In this document: positions 52,973 to 64,000 of the stretch, one piece after another | How positions within the stretch are numbered: the stretch's first letter is position 1 | Layout of the letters: every line of letters begins with the position of its first letter | Source: Camelus dromedarius | Lineage: Eukaryota | DNA length: 64,000 nt | Direction of reading: 5' to 3' | Assembly: GCF_036321535.1 (NCBI RefSeq) | Contig: NC_087437.1 | Span: 7,688,001 to 7,752,000, forward strand | Notes under the pieces: model-generated | What the model saw: the letters and a program-made list of their open reading frames with translations, nothing else | The model's database searches: none | Told to the model about the DNA's origin: nothing | Position numbers and translations under genes: made by a program

Positions 52973-55900
52973 TAGAGTTTCCCCTGGTGGCAAAGTTTGA
53001 TTCTCTAAAGAAAAGCTCCAATTACTCATTTATTGGCTTTTCTAGTTTTTTTTTACACTTAGGCTTGTGCTTTCCTATAAAGAACAAACTGGAAAAGGTT
53101 GGCAGTCACGAGGCATTTCTGTAATAAAAGTGCTCAATCATGCATTGGATATTACTGCAGCCAGGACAGTGTGGTACTAGGGACGCAACAAGTGGGACTG
53201 GTTGCATTTCACAAACAAGATGATGAGCAAGTCATACTGCACGTTTGTAGTTTGTTGGTTAAAATGTCTCAAATTTAATTTCAGTTCCATCTATTCTGCA
53301 CTTTATCTGATTTCACTTAAGGCTGTCATCCAGGGGGATCATGAACAAATCATTGTTACTCCAGGTAAACATTTACATTTTAGGCAAAACACAATTGAAA
53401 TTTCACATACTGGAACATTGAATTTGAAATTACATGCCATTTTTGTGTAGTTTTTCTAAAAGTTGTGCTCTTAGTAAATTATAGTAGGGCAACTTTCTGA
53501 AACCTGGTGCTTATCTGTCCAAAACCACAGCAAATGACTGTACCTGTAAAAGGTAACTGCAGAGCTTTACCTGACACACGTCCTCCAGGATTTCACAGTT
53601 AATTTCATCACTGGTTCTTAGAACTAAGAGACTTGACTGAGAAATCCAGAACTATGTCTGTTTAGTTGTAAATATTCAAAGATGATTTTTCAAATGGTGG
53701 TAGTGTCATTAATTCACACTGTGACATCTCCAGACACACATCTTAGGAGGTAAGTGTGACTAATGGGTGGCCAACATAGAAACTTGGGGTCTAACTTGCC
53801 AATGACATTAGAAGAAGTCACATTAACCACCCAGAGCTATTTGGGAGCTGATCTCAGACCCAGTGGTTCTGGGAGTTAGGGGCACAGGAGATTCTTTGGC
53901 ATCTTCCTTTTTACATCAAGAGCTCCAGACTGCCTAGTCTGATATACAGACGCTTTGCTAAAACAGAGTCGTGCATCAAACACAGAAAGTGGCCACTTAG
54001 CTGGTTGTGGCGAACAAGGAAAGATGCATGAGCCCAGATACGGAGTGAGACCTGACGTGAAAGGGCTAACAAACCTGCTTCTGCTCCCATGGGATTCCTC
54101 CCTGGGAGCCAGACAAGCTGCTTCCATCCATTCGTGCTCCTGGACTGTCACCCACACTGATGTGGACCTGCCACGCACCGCTGTGAAGGTTACACACTGT
54201 TCAGTTTGTCTTGACTTAGTATAAAGATTTTCTAGGGGAACCAGGTGTCTTAGTGTCACACTGATTTCCTGAGAGGCCAGGGCTAGACTTAACACTGTCC
54301 ACACCACTTGATTTAAGAAACCTTCCCCTGTGCCTAGTTGTATCTGCTTTCAGGTACCAGGTCAGCCTCAGTACCACTAAACAAGTTCTAGGAAGAAACA
54401 AAGGTAACCACATCTGGGCTTGATTTTACGCAAGGCAGGCAACAAAGCCCCTAAATGAATATTAGCCACAGATTCTGTGATGCTAAAAGGTGACACTGTC
54501 CTCCAACCTTTAGCTGAGAATCTTTTAAATGTAACAAGTAGTAGTGAGCTTCAAAATGCATTCTCAGAAAATGCTGGGGTTTTTTTTTCCCCCCTTGGAT
54601 TCACCAAAGTACAGAACAGTACTTAAAAACCTGATTTAAAAAATCATAACTCCCACTGCTTGACTAATTTGCTAAATTGCATGTATTTAAGAAGTACAAA
54701 CATCAGGATGGAGCATTAAAGTAATACATAGTAATTAAAGGCACATAATAGACACAGTGACTCTGACAATACAGGTAACTTATTTCTGACAACAAAATGT
54801 GGAATCAGGGCTGGCCCTGTTCACAGTCTCCTTTCAAGGAGAACAGAACCGAATGGCTAAAAGGCAGCAGAAAGAGAAAAGGAGGAAGGGGAAACAATGA
54901 TCTGGATGGTTTATTGGCTAAACAATCAACCTCTGGGGGAATTCTAGTGATATGAACGTTCATAGGCCAAAAAAAGTATTTTTTGTAGCTCTTCAATATT
55001 TACAGATTCCTTTTGCTGCTGTGGTATCATTACAGCGGTCCAGGACTAGACATGATTTTTATTAGTTCCATTTTAATGATGGGAAAGAACAACTTACTTG
55101 AGATCTCAAAAGTAGAACCAGCAGATAGGGGACCAAGCCGTGTTACCCTCTGACTCAGAGGCACTGTGTTTCTGCCTTCCCTTTTACTTCTCAGATGGAG
55201 TTCTGTGGAGCAGGAATACGTGATTCAGCTCTGAACAGATGAGCTCATCAGGCCATTAGCAAGCTTTGAGAATCAGGATCTAACACCTTTTAGTCCTGGC
55301 TCCAACTTTGCCTGGTGCAGCTTGGACAAGATTTTTCATTTTTGCATTCCTTGATTTGCTACTCTGTCTATTAAATGACATTGGGATGATGCAAGTGTCT
55401 TCATCCCGAAAGATCACACGGGAGCCTTGGGAGTTTGAAAGGACAGAGCTTTAGATGCCCAAGTATGACCAGCAGGGTGCCCGTGCTGGCAGTCACCAGA
55501 GGTACACACTACCCTGCAATTACCCGGCATCATGACTGTAGAAACGTTTTCCCATCCTTTTGCTCATTCCAAAGTTAGTTTCCAAGAAATGTTGCAAAAT
55601 AGTTTAGGAAACAGTTAACCTTAATTAGGCTTTGGCCTCAAGAACTGTTTCAGTAGTTTAGAGACAACTGAGGTTAAACAAGTGTTAAACCATTGGTTCT
55701 AAAGAATATGCTACAAAACTAAAACACAGTATATAACTAAAATCGAGAGTAGTTGGCTGTATTATTCTTTAGACAAAGTCTGTATGTTTTAGGGTTGTGA
55801 ATAATGTGTCTTTTTCACCCTCCCTGCTAAAAGCGCACTTTCCAATTGTAAGAAATTTTCTTCTATTGAAAAGGTTCTTAGTAAAACTTTACAAATACAG

Positions 55901-57859
55901 TGATGGGAGGAAAAGGACATCTATTCCTTTTTTCTTCCCCCTACTCAGGTAATTGTGTCAAGATGTAGGCAGAATTTGAATTAAAACCCATTTAAAATTT
56001 TAAGTCTAATCTGAAATGTACTGGATTCTTAGTACCTTTTTAAATAACTTAAATACTATGTTTCAGGTAGCCTGTAAAAATGAAATAGTGTGATTTATTT
56101 TCTTATGGGTGGATGTAACTATTACATGGCTCGTCTTTTGCATCAGCATCACTAATTCTTCATATAATCAGCATTAGCAAAAAAAAAAAAATGTTTCTTA
56201 AGTTTTCCAAACCTTCACTTCTAGAGTTGGCTTCTCCCTCAAATAAAGTAAAAATTTCATCTTGGTAGCATGATAGGAAAAGACTTACTTGGGTAAAGAT
56301 GGAGGTATTTTTCCATGGCTCTTGGTAACATGTTGTTGATGTAAATATTTGAAAGAAAAATCTTAGTAGAATCCATCATGTCCTGATGTCGACAAAAGTC
56401 CTCATCAGCCTTGAGATGAAAACTTCTAGACCCTAAGTCTCCCTTCTCCTGTACACCAGCTTCAGCTTCGATGGGAATCCTAACAGCAGTACTTCCTTCT
56501 TCCTCCTCAGTTTTATGCCACCGTCCACCTTTAGAACTTGTTCCTAGAATCCAGGGAATGAGGCGAGCGGGCGGGTCAAGTCAGGGAACTGAATGGAGCA
56601 GAGATACGGGGGCAGATGGGCATCAAAGAGCCACCTGGAAGGGGTCAAGCACGAACTCCTGGCTCTGTGAGGTGCCCTGTGGGCTGAGTGAGGCTATGAA
56701 CAGGGGGTAGAAACGTGTTGGGGATGCCTACCCAGGAGAGATGCGAGACAGGAGGGGCATTAATACTAAAGTCGCAGAACTATTTGGCCCCTGACGGTCA
56801 CCGTAAAAGAGCCAGTGTTCCTGACAGCCCTGAGCCTTTCTTGATGCCCCACGTGCTTTAGGACTCCCTGAACATAGCACATTAATTTGCCCTTCCCTCA
56901 ACACCCGACATGAGAGAACACCACGACCTGAAGGCAGCAGGTATTCCAGAGCTTTTAACTGTTCTGCTCATTCTGCTTAACTTTCACATATAACTTGCCA
57001 TGACCTGCCTTGTCCTTCTCATTAATTGAGGTCAAAGCCAAGTCTGCAAATACCTGGTCATAGGCTGTCAAATTTCTGCACACGCTATTGTTGGGCCTCC
57101 CTTTGTTTCAGAGCAATAAAGAGAATTGTTCCTCAGTTTGGACTGCCTTCCAAGTCAAGTGCTTTTGCATTTATAAAAACTCCAGCTCTTCTCCCGCATT
57201 TAATCAGCTGCACAGTGAACATTGCCTTTCTCCTCCCATGACTTGAATAATAACTTTTAAGTAGCCATTTCTCACGTTACCATCTTAACAAGGGCTAGCC
57301 ACTGTCAAAATAAATCCATGTCTACCAAGATTATGAAATTTGGTTTCCATCTTGAAACTTCGCCAACAACCATAACACAAAATGCAGGTAGTCACCACAG
57401 CCTGGTTATATTTTGAAAGAAATGGAAACAGCTATTTATAATGCAGTGTTGATCATATATCTCTGTCCTTTTTAGGGAAAAAAAAAAGGTACCTTTGCTG
57501 TTATTAGAAGAATTTCAGGTTGAATATATTTTTTAGATAATGACTGTCATCTCAAAATGCTACATGTATGGATTGGCCCCATGACAGTAGGGATGTAACT
57601 GTATCTGTGTCTTTATAATGTATGTAGGATTATACCTGCAACTTCAGATGTTTCTAGTTGACATTTTAGGTCAATCTTATTCTTAATGAGCAAACCCTGC
57701 GTTAACTCACTTACTAACCTTGATGACTACACTCTGCATGTCCCTGTTACTTATGGCAAAGATTTCTGCCCAGTTTTAACTTGTACATCGCTACTTTTTT
57801 GCATCACCGACCTCTTAAAAGTCACTTGTGAGATGGATTGACACTGCATGTATAAATGA

Positions 57860-58216
<357 letters not shown>

Positions 58217-59308
58217 TAGGAGATTTGCATAGGGGAAGTAAGTGTGTTCCCGATTTTTCTAACACGAATTTGAACTAAGATCCATTTGCATGGGCATGAC
58301 TCAGCGTCTGATGCAAATTTTGAAGAAGCACATATTTGGATTTCTGAAAATTGCCTCTTCCAGCTCTCTCACTGTTCCTTTGTTCAGACAGATCTAAACT
58401 GATGTTTTTTGTTTCTATCCTTATTTTATCAAAAGTGGGCTAAAAGAGACTTAACCGCTGTTTTGTCTGTACTCTCAACATCTATTATGATCTTAACCTG
58501 TACCAGGTCAGAGATGAGCTTGGCAAGAACCCATCAGTGGTGTTCTGATAACAGTCCTGCCCTGGGCACGGTTCTCCATGCCCGTCTGTGCCTTTCCGGC
58601 ATGTTGACGGTGTTTGCCATAGGTGGCCTAGTTACAGAAGCAAAGGGTTACATAAACCTTCTAGTCAATTAGGAGAAGCGCTGAGTATCTGATTGTAATG
58701 AAAGGAGAGGCCCTGAGGGATGTTTGCTAAGAATATTTATCTCTAGAATATTGGGAAACTCTGCTGAAGCTGCCTCTGCTCCACTCTGTAAGCCTTTTCC
58801 TATCCCTTAAAGGTTCACCTTGTTTAGACCAAAGCCTCACTCTTGCTTGTTCATTCTAAGACAGATTCTAGATCTCCACTAAGGCTTAGACTGACCACCT
58901 GTAGAGTTCTTGACCACCATCAGCAACCTGATTCCTGCATCTTCACCTGGTCACAGAGATGTAGGGCAACATCCTTATCGTAAAGTTGGGAGAATGTTTG
59001 GAAAAAGTTTTCAAGCAGTCGGTGAAAAAGGGAATGAAAAAAAAAAATGGACCCTAGAAGTTCAAAGAAAAGGAAATAAGTAAGGGCAGATCAAAACCTT
59101 GTTGCAAGGGTACTTTTTTGGTGGTACTTTTATCTCTGTGGAGCTGGGGTAGCTCTGGGTTCTCTAACTGAATGTGCGCAGTGTTTGCTCTGGAAGGGTT
59201 TCTATACTCTTGGTGTGACTTTGGCATCCCTGTTAACATTGCATTTACTGGACAGAACTATGCTAGGACCCCAGTCCCCACCCCAAAGGTGATGGCCGTA
59301 GTATGTTT

Positions 59309-59327
59309 AGGCCACTAGATGGCAATG
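59309..59327 (+). promoter_or_regulatory. Candidate CTCF site
   Basis: GGCCACTAGATGGCA matches the CTCF core CCASYAGRKGGCR. Confidence 0.55.
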
Positions 59328-59506
59328 TTGTCTAGTTAGGTAGGTCGCTAAGGCTACAGATTTCAAGGAAATTTATCTTTAATTTTTTTTTAAACTTAAA
59401 CCATTCTTTATCGGGAAAGGTATAAACATAAACGGATATTAAATCGCTGTTAAATGGAAAATAACAACATTCTAGTTTGAAAGAATTTAAACCGAAAATC
59501 GTAGGA

Positions 59507-62500
59507 GAGGCGGTTCAAGATGGCAGTGTAGGAAAAGCCTGGACTCACCTTCTCCCACAGACACAGCAAATCTGCAGCTGCCTACGGAACAGTTTCCTCT
59601 GAAAAACACCTGAAAACCAGCTGAACAGCTCCTTCACGGCAAAAGAGAAAAGACCACATGGAGACAGTAGGAGAGGCAGAAAGATGGTCTCACCAAAAGC
59701 CCCACTGCTCTTACGGCAGCCCACAGCTGGAAGAATCTCACATATGATACTTCTCCCTGAGGAGTGAGGGGGTTGTGCCCAACATCAGGCAACCCCACCC
59801 TTAAGAACAGCATCTGAGAGACAAGCTCCTTAATCACCTGACTTTGAAAGCCAACGGGGCTTACATCCAGGAGACACAAAGGGCTGTAGGAAACAGAAAT
59901 TCCACTCTTAAAGGGCTGTGTGCAGACTTACTCACCCCAGGACCAACGACACAGGCATCAGTCTGAAAAGTGCCTAGACCGTACGTGGAGGGGATTCCTT
60001 AGCTAGTCTTATAAAGTGTCTGCTGCCGGAGCAGAAGCTGTTGGGGGATCTCTCCAGGAACTGAGGGGCTGGTAGGTGCCATTTTTGTGCTCCTTCAATT
60101 TTGCTAGTGCTGGTGGGCATGCCCCTCCTCCGTGGTTGTCCACCGCCCCACTAATGCCACTGAGTGCACACAGTTCACACAGGGGATGCTCCTTGACTTC
60201 CTGGCTCTGGTGGCCAGGGGAACTTGTCTTTCTGGGCCCCATGGGACTGAAACAGAGAGACAGTTTTCAGCAGGCTGCCGTCCTTGGGCATGTCATGGCA
60301 GAGCGAAACACTCCAGATCTTCCTGTGAAAAAGGCCTATTTACTTGTCCTAGAGCTTCACTCTGAAGGGCAGGCTCCAGGTTTACCACCCATTGGGGTCC
60401 AGGAAGGTGCTCTCAGGAACACAGACTGGGGATGCCTCCTTTGTGGTCTTCCTTGGCCTTACTACAGCTCACCAGTCCCTCCCAGTGAAGAGCATCTGTA
60501 CTCATCTGGACCCCTGATTTTCGCAACTGACACCAGGGGGACACCTCCAAACTGCCTGGTCTAGAGGCCAACAAGGTTTATTTACATCTGAAGTCTCAGA
60601 GGACTATATATATTTTCATACTTTAAAAGCTGCTGCCTAAGGGTCTGACTTCCAGTCGGCCTGGAACTCAGTGCCGACTGAGGTTCCTCCCTTTGGAATA
60701 CTGACAAGTGTTGACACACTCTCAACAGCTGAGACCCATCACGAATCAATCAGGCTGCTTAGACAGCCACAAAGCTTCTAGAGACAACAAAGAACCAGGG
60801 CAAAGGAAAAACAGGAAATTTTATCACCTCCACCAGGCTTCTCCTTCAGGATTGAAAGAATTAGCTGCTTTACCTAATACATAGGAACAAATCCAGAGAG
60901 TCAAGCAAAATGTGGAAACAAAGAAATATATTCCAAACAAAAGAACAATATAAAAACCCAGAAAAAAAGTTAATGAAATAAAAATAGTAATTAACTAGGT
61001 AAAGAGTTCAGAGGAAATGACAAAGACGCTCACCAAACCCGGAAAAGAATAGATGAACACAGTGAGAACTTCAACAAAGAGATAGAAAATATAAGATGTC
61101 ACACAGCTAAAGAATACAATGACTGAACTGGAAAATACACTATAGGGGCTTGACCACGGACTGATTGAAGCAGGAGAAAGAATCAGTGATCTGGAAGACA
61201 GGGCAATAGAACTCACCTGAAGAGAGCAGCAAAAAGAGTTAAAGTGAAGGGACCTATGGGACAAATCAAGCAACATAACATTTGCATTATAAAGGGTCCA
61301 GAAGGGGAAGAAAAAGAGAAAGGGCAGAAAACTTACTTGAAGAAATAAAGGCTGAAAACTTTATTAAGTTAGGGAAGGAAAGAGACATCCAGATCCAGAG
61401 AATTCCAAATAAGGTGATCCCCAAAATATCCACACCAAGACACATTATAATTAAAATGTCAAATGTTAAATATAGAGAGAATCTTATAAGCAGCAAGAGT
61501 AAAACAACTTGTTGTGCACAAGGGTAACAGATTTTCAGCAGAAATTTTGCAAGCCAGAAGGGAGTGTCATGATATAGTCAAAGTGCTGAAAGGAAAAAAG
61601 TTTCCAACCAAGGATTTTCTATCTAGCAAGACTGTCATTAAGAATCAAAGGAGAGATAAACAGTTTTCCAGACAAGCAAAAGGTAAAAGTTCATCACCAC
61701 TAAAATGGCCTTACAAGAAATGTTAAAGGGACTTCTAAGGGCACTAATTAGTAGCAAACAAACAAATGGAAGTAGAAATTTCATCAGTAAAGGTAAATAT
61801 ATAGTAAAGATAGTAAGTAGTCATTTATAAAGCTGGTATGAAGGTTAAAAGATAAAAGTAAAAATGGCTATAACCACAATAATTAAGGGATACATGAAAT
61901 TAAAAGATACAAATTGTGACATCAAAAAGAGAAAACATAGGGGGCAGTAATAATAGAGTTTTAAAATGTGCTCAAACTTAACTTGCTATCGAATTGAAAT
62001 AGACTGTTTTATATATAAAACATTTTATATATATGTGAACCTCATGCGAGCAAAAGCCTGTAGTAGATACACAAAAGATAATGAGAAAGGAATCTAACCG
62101 TAATAGTAAAGAAAACCACCAAAATACAAGGGCATAAAACAAGAGAAGAAGGAAGAAAAAGAGAAGAACTATGAAACAAAAAACAGTTAATAAAATAGTG
62201 ATGAGTGCATATCTATCCATAATTTGAATGTAAATGGACTAAATCTTCCAGTCAAAAGCCATAGAGTGTTTGAATGGATAAATAAACAAGACCCATCTCT
62301 ATGCAGCCTACAAGAGACTCTCTTTAGATGTAAGGACACATACAATTAGAAGGTGAAGGGATGGAAAAGGTGTTTTACACAAACGGAAACCAAAAGAAAG
62401 CTGGGTAGCTATATTGATATGAAACAAAAGAGACTTTAATAAAACAATAGTAATTGTTTTACTATTACAGTAGTAATGAGACAAAGATAGGCATTACATA

Positions 62501-64000
62501 ATGATAAAGGGATAAATACAACAAGAGGATATAACATCTGTAAATATTTATGCACCCAACATAGGAGCACCTAAATACATAAAAGAAATATTAACAGACT
62601 TGAAAGGAGAAGTAGACAGCAATACACTAATACTAGGGACTTTACTGTCCCACTTACATCAATGGATAGATCATCAGGAGAAAACCAAGAAGGAAGCATT
62701 GGCCTTAAACAACACATTAGACCACATGCAGTGAATACATATATACAGAACATTTCATCCAAAAGTGGCAGATGGCACATTTTTCTCAAGTGCACGTGGA
62801 ACGATCTCCTGGATAGATCGTATGTTAGGCAGCATAACAAGCCTCACTACATTAAAGATGATTGAAGTCATATGAAGCATTTTTTCTGACCACATGGTAT
62901 GAAACTAGAAATCAGTTACAAGAAGAATACTTACAAAATCTCAGATAAATGAAGATTAAACAACATACTACTGACCATAAATGGGTAAATAAAGCCATCA
63001 AAGGAGAAAATTTAAAAATACCTTGAGGTAAATGAAAATACAACATACCAAAATCTGTTGAATGCAACAAAAACAGTTCTAAGAGGGAAGGAAGTTCACA
63101 GTAATACAAGTCTGCCTCTAGAAACAAAGGAATCTCAAATAAGCAACCTAACTTTCTACCCCAAAAAACTAGAAAAAGAATAAACAAAGCCCCATGTTAG
63201 AAAGAGGAGGAAAATAGTAAACAATTAGGGGAGAAATAAATGAAATAGAGACTAAAAAAATACTGGAAAAGATTAATGAAACTAAAAGCTGGTTCTTTGG
63301 AAAGATAAGAAAAACTGACCAATCATTAGCTATATTCACTAAGGGGGAAAAAGAGAAGGCTCAAATAAATAAAATCAGAAATGAAACAGAAGACAAAGCT
63401 GATGCCAAAGAAATGCAAAGGATCATAAGAGAATACCATGAACAACTGTATGCCAGCAAACTGGACAAGCTAGAAGAAGTGGATAAATTTCTAGAAACAC
63501 ACAGTCTTCCAAGACTGAATTGCGAAGAAGTAGAAAACCTGAATAGACAAATTACTAGTAAGGAGGTTTAATCAGTAATCCAAAACTTTCCGACAAAGTC
63601 CAGGACCAAATGGCTTCTTTGGTGAATTCTACCAAGCATCCAAAGAAGATTGAATACCCATCCTTCTCAAACTCCTCTCAAAAATTGAACTTACTTTATG
63701 AGGACAGCATTACCCTGATACCAAAATGTACAAAGGTGCCACAAAAAAAGAAAATTATTGACTAATATTCCTTATACACATGGATGTAAAATCCCCAACA
63801 AAATATCAGCAAATCAAATACAGCAATACATTATAAGGATCATACACCACGATTTAAGAAATAATGAGAAATATTTCATGTGATACACCACATTAACAAA
63901 GTGAAAGATAAAAATCCTATGATCATCACAATAGATGTGGAAAAAGAATTTGAAAAAGGCTAACAGTCATTATGATAAAAACTCTCAACAAAGTGGATAT
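59507..64000 (+). mobile_element. LINE-1 with 5'UTR, degenerate ORF1 (~60910-61726) and ORF2 endonuclease to start of RT (~62195-64000); runs off the window
   Basis: 5' end gaggcggttcaagatggc; ORF1-like ENLLEEIKAENF..TPRHIIIKM and FSAEILQARREC; ORF2-like aatgtaaatggactaaat, tatttatgcacccaac and ttctgaccac..ggtatgaaactagaaatca; many stops and frameshifts. Confidence 0.92.

Noticed and set aside
53876..54307. 143-aa minus-strand ORF
   Set aside because: No recognisable homology; intronic chance ORF.
60076..60564. 162-aa ORF
   Set aside because: Lies within the L1 5'UTR and has no protein similarity I can recognise.

Overview
Mammalian genomic DNA, most likely a camelid given the Vic-1-like tRNA-derived SINEs. 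The whole window lies inside the voltage-gated K+ channel gene KCNH8 (Kv12.1/ELK1, + strand). Three internal coding exons (6864-6995, 52815-52942, 57953-58193) splice in frame with canonical AG/GT sites. They encode the PAC region, the linker and S1 to the start of S2. The ~45.8 kb intron between the first two exons holds a near full-length, intronless, disabled retrocopy of alpha-internexin (INA, - strand, ~24136-27287). Its tail abuts an L1 3' fragment, and 27 bp upstream sits a co-oriented solo ERV LTR with an intact TATA box. Four solo LTRs of that one family occur in the intron, all antisense to KCNH8. The rest is ordinary interspersed repeat (L1 of several ages, SINEs, MIR, L2, MLT, MER) and microsatellites. 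I see no evidence of a new multi-gene system. The most interesting candidate is the LTR + INA retrocopy module antisense to a neuronal host gene, and its function is unproven. Repeat family names and human protein comparisons are from recall, not from database searches, and the boundaries of old repeats are approximate.
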